Assembly: GCA_903872075.1 (NCBI GenBank)
Contig: CAIQJF010000004.1
Span: forward strand, 94,307 to 158,306
Reading direction: 5' to 3'
Source of the DNA: an uncultured Caulobacteraceae bacterium
GTDB lineage: Bacteria; Pseudomonadota; Alphaproteobacteria; Caulobacterales; Caulobacteraceae
Length of the DNA: 64,000 nucleotides
Both the position numbers and the translations under genes were made by a program. How positions within the stretch are numbered: position 1 is the first letter of the stretch; every line of letters starts with the position of its first letter. Positions 9,494-17,999 of this stretch are shown here, piece after piece. The notes under the pieces are model-generated. The model was not told where the DNA came from, made no database searches, and saw only the letters and a program-made list of their open reading frames with translations.

Positions 9494-11047
9494 ATGCTGC
9501 TGAGCGATGTGCCTGAACTCGCCGCGCACCATGCGCCGGACGTGGCGGCGATCATTTTTCAGGACGAGACGATCACCTATGCGCAGCTGCGCGACCGCTG
9601 CCGGCGGCTGGCCAACGCCCTGATCGCGGTGACGCAACCGGGCGACCGGGTGGCGATCCTGGCCGAGAACTGTCCGGAATATGTGGACTGCTACTACGGC
9701 GTACCAGGCGCCGGCCTGGCCCTGACCCTGCTGAACTATCGCCTGGCGCCGCGCGAGCTGGCCTACATCATCGGCAACGCCGAGCCGCGGATCCTGATCG
9801 TCGAAGCGAAATACCTGCCGGCGATCCGGCAGATTCGCGCGCAGATTCCCTCGGTGGAACGGATCCTGCTGATCGACGGCGAGAGCGAGGGCACGGAATC
9901 CTACGCCGCCTTCCGAGACTCGGGCGCGGCGACCGAGCCGAGCCGCCGGCCGCAGGAGAGCGATCTCGCCTGGCTGCTCTACACCTCCGGCACCACGGGC
10001 CTGCCCAAGGGGGCGATGCTGAGCCACACCAATCTGCTTGCGGGGATCATGAACTCCATGGCCGCCTGGGACACCGGGCCGGACGAGGTGTGCATGTTCA
10101 CCTTCCCGATGTTCCATGTGGCCGGCTACGTCATGCCCATGCAGCATCTGCGCACCTTCCCGGTGGTGCTGCTGCGCAGTTTCGATCCGCCGACCCTGCT
10201 GGCCACGGTGCAGAAATACCGGGTGACCAACACCGCCATGGCCCCGACCATGGTGGGGATGCTGCTGGAGAACCCGGAGACGGCGAACTACGACCTCAGC
10301 TCCCTACGGCGGCTGGGTTATGGGGCGGCGGCCATGCCGGGCGAGGTGCTGCGCAAGGCGCGGGCGCGCTGGCCGGGGGCGGGGTTCTCGACCGGATTCG
10401 GCATGACCGAGCTGAGCGGCAACGTCATGACCATGGGCCGGCAGGACCACGACCGGGCGGCCGACGAGGGGCTGGAGATCCTGCGCTCGGTGGGCAAGCA
10501 GATGCCGCTGGCGCGGGTGCGGGTCGCAGACGAGAGCGGGGCCGACTGCCCGCCCGGCCAGGCCGGCGAAATCATCGTCAAGGGCGATCAGGTGCTGAGC
10601 GGCTATTGGCGCAATCCGGAGGCCACGGCCGCGAGTTTCACCGACGGCTGGTTCCACACCGGCGACGTGGGGCGGTGGGACGCCGAGGGCTATCTCTATA
10701 TCGTCGACCGCAAGAAGGACATGATCCTGACCGGCGGCGAGAACGTCTATCCGCGCGAGGTGGAGGAGGTGCTGTTTCGCCATCCGGCCGTGATGGAGGC
10801 CGCCGTGGTCGGGGCGCCGGACGAAAAATGGGGCGAGATGGTCGCCGCGGTGATCTGCGTGCGCGAGGGCCATACGGTGACGGGCGCGGAGATCACCGCC
10901 TTCTGCCGGGAGGAGATCGCCGGCTACAAGCGCCCGCGGCGGCTGGCCTTCATCAAGGAACTGCCCAAGAACGCCTCGGGCAAGGTGCTCAAGCGCGAGC
11001 TGCGCGATCTGATCGCGGCGGGAACCCTGCCGCTGGAGGTTCTGTGA
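9494..11047 (+). CDS. Acyl-CoA synthetase (AMP-binding; LvaE-like position)
   Basis: YTSGTTGLPKG, GFGMTE and FHTGDVG motifs; TGATG overlap with the next gene. Confidence 0.9.
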   Translation: MLLSDVPELAAHHAPDVAAIIFQDETITYAQLRDRCRRLANALIAVTQPGDRVAILAENCPEYVDCYYGVPGAGLALTLLNYRLAPRELAYIIGNAEPRILIVEAKYLPAIRQIRAQIPSVERILLIDGESEGTESYAAFRDSGAATEPSRRPQESDLAWLLYTSGTTGLPKGAMLSHTNLLAGIMNSMAAWDTGPDEVCMFTFPMFHVAGYVMPMQHLRTFPVVLLRSFDPPTLLATVQKYRVTNTAMAPTMVGMLLENPETANYDLSSLRRLGYGAAAMPGEVLRKARARWPGAGFSTGFGMTELSGNVMTMGRQDHDRAADEGLEILRSVGKQMPLARVRVADESGADCPPGQAGEIIVKGDQVLSGYWRNPEATAASFTDGWFHTGDVGRWDAEGYLYIVDRKKDMILTGGENVYPREVEEVLFRHPAVMEAAVVGAPDEKWGEMVAAVICVREGHTVTGAEITAFCREEIAGYKRPRRLAFIKELPKNASGKVLKRELRDLIAAGTLPLEVL

Positions 11048-12063
11048 TGGGCGCCGGCCCGGCCCAGACCTTCGAAACCGCCTTAGGCGCCTGCATCGCC
11101 CGCCGGTTCGGCCCGGACGCCAAGGTGGCGCGGCTGGAGCGGCTGTCGGGCGGGGCGAGCCAGGAGCTTTGGGCATTCGACGTGGAGAGCCCCGAGGGAA
11201 CGCGCGAGCTGATCCTGCGCCGCAACCCCGGCGGCACGGTGAAGCGCGAGAACGCCGCCGGCATGGAGACCGAGGCGCGGCTGATCGAACTGGCCCGGGC
11301 GACAGGGACGCCGGTTCCCGAGGTGGTGCATGTTTTCAGCCCCGAGGAGGGTCTGGGCTCGGGCTTCCTGATGACGCGGATTCCCGGCGAGACCCTGGCC
11401 CGGCGGATCCTGCGCGACGATCTCTATGCCAGGGCGCGGCCGGTTCTGGCCCATCAGATGGGCGCGGCGGCGGCGCTGATCCACCGGATCGATCCGGCCA
11501 AGGCCGGGCCGCTGCGCGTCTCCACCGTGGAGAGCAGCCTGGACGGGGCCTATGCGCTCTACAAGGCCAATGGCGGGCGCCGGCCGGTGATCGAATGGGC
11601 GTTCCGCTGGCTGCGCGAGAACCGCCCGGCGACCGAGGCGACGCCGACGGTGGTGCATGGCGACATGCGCACCGGCAATATCATCGTGGGACCTGAGGGC
11701 CTGCGCGCGGTGCTGGACTGGGAGGTCGTGCACCTGGGCGATCCGATCTACGACCTGGGGTGGATCTGCACCCCGTCGTGGCGGTTCGGCGAGATCGACA
11801 AGCCGGCTGGGGGGTTCGGCTCCCGCGAGGACCTGTGGGCCGGCTATGAATCGGTGACCGGCGTTCCCGTGGACCGCCAGAGGGCCCGGTTCTGGGAAGT
11901 GATGAGCACCCTGCGCTGGGGCCTGAGCTGCGCGATGATGGCGCGCGAGTTCCAGGCCGGCGAGCGCAGCGTGGAGAAGGCCGCCATCGGCCGGCGGGCC
12001 TCGGAGGTGGAGGTCGACCTGTTGGCCATGCTGGCCGCGCCCGGAGGACAGCCCCTTGTATGA
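11047..12063 (+). CDS. lvaA: APH-family phosphotransferase, LvaA-like 4-hydroxyacyl-CoA kinase subunit
   Basis: ATG 11047; RLSGGASQELW, HGDMRTGN, LDWE and GDPIYDLGW motifs; followed by a small LvaB-like gene and an ACAD as in the P. putida lva operon. Confidence 0.7.
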   Translation: MGAGPAQTFETALGACIARRFGPDAKVARLERLSGGASQELWAFDVESPEGTRELILRRNPGGTVKRENAAGMETEARLIELARATGTPVPEVVHVFSPEEGLGSGFLMTRIPGETLARRILRDDLYARARPVLAHQMGAAAALIHRIDPAKAGPLRVSTVESSLDGAYALYKANGGRRPVIEWAFRWLRENRPATEATPTVVHGDMRTGNIIVGPEGLRAVLDWEVVHLGDPIYDLGWICTPSWRFGEIDKPAGGFGSREDLWAGYESVTGVPVDRQRARFWEVMSTLRWGLSCAMMAREFQAGERSVEKAAIGRRASEVEVDLLAMLAAPGGQPLV

Positions 12064-12568
12064 TCAGCCGACCGCCCGCGAGCTCATCGACGCCGTGCAG
12101 GGGTTTCTGCGCGACGAGGTTTCGCCGACCTTGAGCGGGCGGCTGGCCTTTCACGCCCGCGTGGCGGTGAATGTTCTGGAGACGGTGAAGCGGGAGCTGG
12201 AGCTGGGGCCGGGCGCCGTGGCCGGCGAGGGGGCGCGACTGGCGGCGTTGCTGGGGCGCGAGTTCCAGGCCGGCGAGCGCAGCGTGGAGAAGGCCGCCAT
12301 CGGCCGGCGGGCCTCGGAGGTGGAAGTCGACCTGCTGGCCATGCTGGTCGCGCCCGGAGGACAGCCCCTTGTATGATCAGCCGACAGCCCGCGAACTCAT
12401 CGACGCCGTGCAGGGGTTTCTGCGCGACGAGGTTTCGCCGACCCTGAGCGGACGCCTGGCCTTTCACGCCCGGGTGGCGGTGAATGTGCTGGAGACGGTG
12501 AAACGCGAGCTGGAGCTGGGGCCGGACGCCGTGGCCGGCGAGGGGGCGCGGCTGGCGGCGTTGCTGGG
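11943..12568 (+). repeat. 313-bp tandem duplication (11943-12255 / 12256-12568)
   Basis: Collinear copies with 14 substitutions counted by eye; GCGCGAG / GCGGGAG microhomology at the junctions. Confidence 0.95.
12056..12376 (+). CDS. Chimeric ORF: N-terminal part of the LvaB-like protein fused to the C-terminal helix of the LvaA-like protein
   Basis: MYDQPTARE...LAALLG|REFQAGERSVEKAAIG...GGQPLV, created by the duplication. Confidence 0.7.
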   Translation: MYDQPTARELIDAVQGFLRDEVSPTLSGRLAFHARVAVNVLETVKRELELGPGAVAGEGARLAALLGREFQAGERSVEKAAIGRRASEVEVDLLAMLVAPGGQPLV

Positions 12569-12755
12569 GCGGGAGGGACCTCTGGCTGAGCTGGAAGAGG
12601 CGTTGTGTGAGGCGATCGCGTCCGGGGATGTGGATCCGGGCGATCCGGCGCTGATCGATCATCTTTGGAAGACCACCCTCGATACCCTGGCGGTGGATCA
12701 GCCGGGGTATGCGACGTATCGGCGGGCGGCGGGTGTTTTCAAGGATGGGGAATGA
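12369..12755 (+). CDS. lvaB: Small LvaB-like (DUF6285) partner protein
   Basis: TTG start overlapping the upstream stop; QPTARELIDAV...EGARLAALLG...LAVDQPGY pattern. Confidence 0.7.
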   Translation: MYDQPTARELIDAVQGFLRDEVSPTLSGRLAFHARVAVNVLETVKRELELGPDAVAGEGARLAALLGREGPLAELEEALCEAIASGDVDPGDPALIDHLWKTTLDTLAVDQPGYATYRRAAGVFKDGE

Positions 12756-12771
12756 GCGCGCCCTGCGCCTT

Positions 12772-12954
12772 GCGCCCCCTCCACCGCCTTCGGCGGTCCC
12801 CCTCCCCCGTTGCACGGGGGAGGAGAAAGAAGCGGGAGCGCCCCCTCCGACCCTTTGGGCCACCTCCCCCGTTTTACGGGGGAGGAGAATATGGGCCTTC
12901 CTCCTCCCTTGCGCGGAGCGCGGGGGAGGTGGCGCGAAGCGCCGGAGGGGGCGC
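12772..12954. repeat. REP-like palindromic element, three units (two direct, one inverted)
   Basis: GCGCCCCCTCC starts at 12772 and 12838; GGAGGGGGCGC ends at 12954. Confidence 0.85.
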
Positions 12955-13012
12955 TTGGCCGCGCCGCCCCCCCCACCCTCACATCTGACCTGACCTGAAG
13001 AGGACCCCCGCC

Positions 13013-14338
13013 ATGGATTTCAATCTGCCCCCCGAGCTGACGGCCTATCTGGCCGAGCTGGATCAGTTCATCGCCGATGAGATCAAGCCGCTGGAGGCGG
13101 AGAACGACAATATCCGTTTCTTCGACCACCGCCGCGAATGGGCGCGGACGGATTTCGACAATGACGGCCTGCCCCGGCCCGAGTGGGAGGCGTTGCTGCG
13201 CGAGGCCAAGAAACGGGCCGACAAGGCCGGGCATTTCCGGTTCTGCCTGCCGGAGGAGTTCGGCGGCAAGAACGGCTCGAACCTGTGGATGACGGTGATC
13301 CGCGAGCACCTGGCGGCCAAGGGGCTGGGGCTGCACTATGACCAGCAGACCGAGCACGCCATCGTGGGCAACCACCCCTTCATCGTCATGTTCCGCGACT
13401 TCGGCACGCAGGACCAGAAGGACGAGTTCATCAACGGCATATTGGAGGGCCACCGGCGGGTGACCTTCGGCCTGACCGAGCCCTATCACGGCTCGGACGC
13501 CACCCACATGGAGACCCGCGCCGTGCCGGAAACCCGTAACGGCACGCCGGGCTTCCTGATCAACGGCGAGAAGATGTGGACCAGCGGCATGCACCACGCC
13601 ACCCACGTGGGCCTGTTCTGCCGCACCGAGGGCAAGGACGGCGACGCCAAGGGGATCACCTGCCTGCTCGTGCCGGCCCGCGACGAGGGGGTGAAGATCG
13701 AGCAGTATCTGTGGACCTTCAACATGCCGACGGACCATCCGCGGGTGAGCTTCAGCGATGTGTGGGTGCCGGAGACGGCGATGTTCGGCCCGCCGGGCGG
13801 GGGCCTGCCCCTGGCCCAGAGCTTCGTGCATGAGAACCGCATCCGTCAGGCGGCCGGATCGCTGGGCTCGGCGGTCTATTGCATCGAGCAGAGCGTGAAA
13901 TACGCCCGGGCCCGCAAGCCCTTCGGCCAGCCCCTGAGCGATAACCAGGCCATCCAGTGGCCGCTGGTGGAGCTGGCGACGCAGGTGGAGATGCTGCGCC
14001 TGTTGATCCGCAAGACGGCCTGGGAAATGGACCAGATGCCCCACCCGGAGGTGGAGAAGCGGATCAGCGACAAGGTGTCGATGTGCAACTATTGGTCGAA
14101 CCGGCTGTGCTGCGAGGCGGCGGACCGGGCCATGCAGGTGCACGGCGGCATCGGCTATTCGCGGCACAAGGCGTTCGAGCACATCTATCGCCACCACCGC
14201 CGTTACCGGATCACCGAGGGCAGCGAAGAGATCCAGATGCGCAAGGTGGCGGCCTTCCTGTTCGGCTATATGGGCCCGCGCAAGAAGGAGCTGTCGGCGA
14301 TCACCTGGGATGACGTGGACTATCGCAAGGGGCGGTGA
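13013..14338 (+). CDS. Acyl-CoA dehydrogenase family protein (LvaC/ACAD11-like context)
   Basis: FGLTEPYHGSD, INGEKMW, AMQVHGGIG and YRITEGSEE motifs. Confidence 0.9.
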   Translation: MDFNLPPELTAYLAELDQFIADEIKPLEAENDNIRFFDHRREWARTDFDNDGLPRPEWEALLREAKKRADKAGHFRFCLPEEFGGKNGSNLWMTVIREHLAAKGLGLHYDQQTEHAIVGNHPFIVMFRDFGTQDQKDEFINGILEGHRRVTFGLTEPYHGSDATHMETRAVPETRNGTPGFLINGEKMWTSGMHHATHVGLFCRTEGKDGDAKGITCLLVPARDEGVKIEQYLWTFNMPTDHPRVSFSDVWVPETAMFGPPGGGLPLAQSFVHENRIRQAAGSLGSAVYCIEQSVKYARARKPFGQPLSDNQAIQWPLVELATQVEMLRLLIRKTAWEMDQMPHPEVEKRISDKVSMCNYWSNRLCCEAADRAMQVHGGIGYSRHKAFEHIYRHHRRYRITEGSEEIQMRKVAAFLFGYMGPRKKELSAITWDDVDYRKGR

Positions 14339-14399
14339 GCGGTAAGCCAATCAGGCTGGCGGTCGCCGGGCGTTGGCCTGGCGGCCGGGGGGCGCGGGT

Positions 14400-14493
14400 T
14401 GGGAGATCGATGGGCGATTCTGGGGAGTCCGTTGGGCGCTGGATGGGCGCTCGATGGGCGCTAACGGGGAGCTTTTTGGGCGCTGTTGGGCGT
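14400..14493 (+). repeat. Degenerate ~11-bp tandem array (core TGGGCG)
   Basis: Core or variant at 14400, 14411, 14421, 14433, 14444, 14455, 14465, 14477 and 14487. Confidence 0.6.
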
Positions 14494-14678
14494 TGAACCG
14501 CGCGTTCCCGTCGCGCCGCGTTCGCATCAACACTCTGTTTCATAACGTTTTTTCGATTTTAGAGCGGCAACGGGACGGCGACTTGGGCGCGCGGCGGCGC
14601 CCAGGCGCTTGCGCCCCATCGCCCCGGCGGCGCGGTTATTGGGATGCTGGACGGTGAGAAAGATCGTTGGCAATTGCA

Positions 14679-15410
14679 TTATGCAATACCCAGGCGACCT
14701 AAGTCAATGGAAACCCTACCGACCTGCGCGTAGTTGAGCTGCTGACCGTCCGCACCCGCGTATTGCTGGGCGTCGAGCACAAATTTATGGAACTCGATCA
14801 ACTCATTGAGCGCCGCTTCGAATCCAGTGACCGCGGTGCGGTTGATCTGGCTGACGAGTTGGTCCGCCAACTCCTCAATGATGTCATCCGGCGTTGGGAG
14901 GTCCCGTCGTTCGTACCGAAGTCGCTCGAAGCGGAAGCTGAATCGGATGAGCTCCCTTTCCAGCCAATTGAGCCGATGGGGCCCCTCCCGTAGAAGCCAG
15001 CCTCGGGGCCCTTCCATCGGCTCATCGAAAGACACGCTGGATTCGATGCGATCCGACCAGCGCTCCTCCCTAAAGGCGCCGGCGCGCACGCGTTCCGGCG
15101 ATTGACGAACACGACGACGCCAACTCCACATCGCCAGGCCCAGCGGCCTGAACCAAACGTCGACGAGAACAGTCGGCGAGCGGAAGGTGGAAGAGATCTC
15201 GTGCGCTGCACGCTCCTCGAAGTTGATGCTATGGCCGAGAGTGAGTCGCGGACCGGCCTTGTTCTCCGCCTCGCCCATCAGTCGAAGCACCTGGCGGCGT
15301 TCCAAGCCCATCAACTCGCCGGCCGCCGAGACCGTTAACCGACCGGCCAACAGATCACGCAGGATCTCGACTCGGCTAAGCTCCTTGTCGCTCATGAAGT
15401 GTAACGCCAC
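14679..15410 (-). pseudogene. In-frame fusion of an IS transposase N-terminus (44 aa) to an internal fragment of an unknown protein
   Basis: MSDKELSRVEILRDLLAGRLTVSAAGELMGLERRQVLRL is an ISNCY/IS1202-type HTH start; no DDE domain follows; the remainder is unrelated. Confidence 0.65.
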
Positions 15411-15489
15411 CTGAGTGACCTCCCGCCCAAATGAGGGAGGGTGCCATCTCTAACTGGCACGGCGGTGACATTGCTAAATGGCGGCTACA
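15279..15489 (-). mobile_element. IS1202-family (ISNCY) left-end remnant
   Basis: Minus strand begins TGT at 15489, then two repeated subsites TAGCAATGTCAC / TAGAGATGGCAC, then the transposase HTH start. Confidence 0.65.
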
Positions 15490-15495
15490 CGCGAC

Positions 15496-15523
15496 TCTGC
15501 GCCCACGGCGTGTTATCGGAAGT
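15496..15523. other. Degenerate XerCD-type (xrs/dif-like) site
   Basis: TCTGCGCCCAC-GGCGTG-TTATCGGAAGT (11-6-11); one good arm, one degenerate; 6 bp from the IS end. Confidence 0.35.
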
Positions 15524-15757
15524 CGCCCCCGCGCGGACCTTCCAAACTGTTGAGATGGGCGGCAAGCGAAGCTGAAGAGAGCCCGGTCCCGAAGCGGCGG
15601 GCCCAACCCTACAGGCCGCCACAAGAACAGCTGCCACTCGGACGGGGCCGCCACGCCGACCCAGCCTCGACCTGTACCTCAAATCACGCCACGAATTGGC
15701 CTTCCGCAGCGATGAGACGTAGGGAGCATACTCCTATCTATATAACAACAAATAGAC

Positions 15758-16783
15758 GTGGCCGGCCAAAACCTTAGCCGGCAGGAGCGCGAGACACTCG
15801 CCCTTCGCCGCTTGATGCGGAACCTCGAAACCCTCGGGGTCGCAAACATGCGCACGCTGGAGATGAAAATATCAGACTCCGGTCCCATGGCCCAACGGGT
15901 GAACCCGCACGTCCTCACGCGGGTCCGAAACGCCCAACGCGACGCCGGCCGCCTGATCATCGTTAGCCAAATCTGGTATCACCGCTACAATGAACCCGAA
16001 GCTCGGGTGAAACAGCGCCTCGACGCGCTCAAGCCGATCTACGCCGCCACCAACAATACCAGTCTAAAGTTGCGGCTCGGCCAGACGTTGGAAATCGCCA
16101 TTTGGCGGGCTCTTGAACAAGGGTCACTGGACTTCGTGGGCGGGTTCCCCGATCTGGACGACCACGACGACAGCACCCTCTACAGCAAAGAGGAGCCGCC
16201 GCTTCGCTTCTCGGGCAAGCGGATGCCAGGCGACAAGCGGTTCGACTTCCTCGCCTTCCACCCGAGCGCCGGCAGCATCGGCATTGAGGCGAAAAACATT
16301 CGCGAGTGGATCTATCCCGACCGCAACGAGGTGAAGGAGCTCCTGCAAAAGGCTATCGTTTCCGACACGCTGCCGGTGCTGATCGGCCGCCGCATTCCCT
16401 ATGTGACGCGTCGCCTACTGGAAACGTGCGGGGTTCTGCTATTCGAAAACTACAACCAGCTATACCCGAATGCTGACGCCGCCACAGCGGCCGCAGCCGC
16501 CCAAAAGGACCTGCTCGGCTACCACGACATTCGCGTCGGCAACCAGCCAAATGGGCGGCTGTTGCAATTCATAACGGAGACGGTGCCCGCCTACGCAGAG
16601 GAAGCCCGCGCCCGCTTCGACCAGTACAGGGACCTGCTTTGGCAGTTTGCCAGCGGCGAGCTATATTACGCTTCTTTCGCGGCAAGGTTGCGTCGTCGTG
16701 AAAATGGCCACGACGAGGACTCCGATCACCCGCCTGGCTTCGATCCCGACGACATCGAGCCCGACGACGACGGCGACTGGTAA
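15758..16783 (+). CDS. Putative PD-(D/E)XK nuclease with N-terminal helical/wHTH region and acidic tail
   Basis: GQTLEIAI ... RFDFLA ... GIEAKN catalytic spacing; D/E-rich C-terminus. Confidence 0.65.
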   Translation: MAGQNLSRQERETLALRRLMRNLETLGVANMRTLEMKISDSGPMAQRVNPHVLTRVRNAQRDAGRLIIVSQIWYHRYNEPEARVKQRLDALKPIYAATNNTSLKLRLGQTLEIAIWRALEQGSLDFVGGFPDLDDHDDSTLYSKEEPPLRFSGKRMPGDKRFDFLAFHPSAGSIGIEAKNIREWIYPDRNEVKELLQKAIVSDTLPVLIGRRIPYVTRRLLETCGVLLFENYNQLYPNADAATAAAAAQKDLLGYHDIRVGNQPNGRLLQFITETVPAYAEEARARFDQYRDLLWQFASGELYYASFAARLRRRENGHDEDSDHPPGFDPDDIEPDDDGDW

Positions 16784-16803
16784 CGCCCGCACAACGAAGA
16801 GCA

Positions 16804-17319
16804 TCAAGGACGCGCTGCGGTCAGCGCATTTGTGAGTTCCGTTATCCTGCCAAGCATCTCACCCATATCTGATGACCATTTATCGAATTTGTCGAATTCA
16901 CCATTCGCTGTTACGTCATTTAGACAATTTTTCTTATCCATATCAATAACCGTTCGCAACGATTTTAGTTCAGAATCGAGATTTCCCGCGCTCACATGCA
17001 ACGAAAATGCAACAGCTTGCTTATCCGACGCGCTTGACATCTCCCCCATCAGAACGAGTTCGTCACCCAGCCACTCCAAATAAGGGCCAAGTTTACCAGC
17101 ATAGTATTCCATACGGCGGATACATGACGATTGGGCACTTCCATTTTCGAGTAAAGGCATGTAAATCTTATAATATTTATCTTTTTGCCCTAGATAATCC
17201 TTCGCCGTTGCCAATACGGCTTGCCGTGAGACGGTATCGTCTTCTGCCGCGACGCAGCAGAGGGGGCTAAACGCGGCAACAAATGCGACCGCCACATTGA
17301 ACAAGAAGGCCGCCCGCAT
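16804..17319 (-). CDS. AT-rich secreted hypothetical protein (ORFan-like)
   Basis: 171-aa open frame with signal peptide (MRAAFLFNVAVAFVAAFS..VAA); clearly lower GC than flanking genes. Confidence 0.65.
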   Translation of the reverse strand: MRAAFLFNVAVAFVAAFSPLCCVAAEDDTVSRQAVLATAKDYLGQKDKYYKIYMPLLENGSAQSSCIRRMEYYAGKLGPYLEWLGDELVLMGEMSSASDKQAVAFSLHVSAGNLDSELKSLRTVIDMDKKNCLNDVTANGEFDKFDKWSSDMGEMLGRITELTNALTAARP

Positions 17320-17652
17320 TTGCCCTATGACCCTGGTTGGGGAGGGCTAAGAAGCTATCAGCAACAGAGCCGCGAGACCACAATGGGCTGGATTCCCTTC
17401 GGGACTTAAATATGTGATAGAGAAAATTATCAGCGATTTCCGTGTATTAATCTGCCATGCACGTGGAATGATCACTGCTCGCCAGACAGGTCAGCCCTGA
17501 CGAGGCGGCAGACGTTCAGACATCCTCAGGTCGGAGCGACCACGAACGTATCTGGCTACTCACTTTTGTAGCGCTGACGCGATTGAGACCCTGGATTGAA
17601 GCACTCGTAGGTCCGCGCCGTGAGCTTACGCCAGACACGCAACGCCCCTCCC

Positions 17653-17945
17653 CTACTTCCTCAACCCCACCTCCCGCGCAAGCTCCGCTGGCGCCCCCGC
17701 CGGACCAACCTTCTGGGTATCCCGAGCGCCGCAGTCGTTGCCGGCTCGCATGGCACCGACCGGTGTGGCGGCGATCGTCGGCAGCAGCGCCGCCCGCAGG
17801 CGCTCCTCATGCGCCCGCTGGGGAGAGATCAGGATCACCGCGTCATAGGGCGGCAGGGCCTGGCGCGGATCGGCCGAGATGAGCAACCTGTCGGCGGCGA
17901 TCCGCCCCTCGCCGGAAAAGGCCGGGATCACGTCCGCCAGGCCGT
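17653..17945 (-). pseudogene. Orphan duplicate of the 3' end of the osmoprotectant ABC permease/SBP gene
   Basis: Collinear with 19552-19844 at constant 1899-bp offset; 67/94 aa identical by manual alignment. Confidence 0.9.
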
Positions 17946-17999
17946 GCTGCACACTGTTATCCGTTGCGTCGCTCGCTTAGCCCGCCCCGGAGCCCCCCC

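Noticed and set aside
7380-12954. Palindromic repeats as a CRISPR array
   Set aside because: No constant-length repeat-spacer periodicity, units are inverted and dispersed, and there are no cas genes
14533-14562. dif-like site (reverse strand ...AAAACG-TTATGAAACAG)
   Set aside because: Only one arm resembles a Xer site; the other arm is out of register
14673-14687. ATTGCAT-T-ATGCAAT dyad as an att site or IS end
   Set aside because: No partner copy found elsewhere in the window and no recombinase; noted only as the boundary of the fusion ORF
17410-17437. Second xrs-like site ATATGTGATAG-AGAAAA-TTATCAGCGAT at the right side of the islet
   Set aside because: Only the ATAG-N6-TTAT core matches; equally explained as the AT-rich promoter of the 17319 gene; needs a PSSM score
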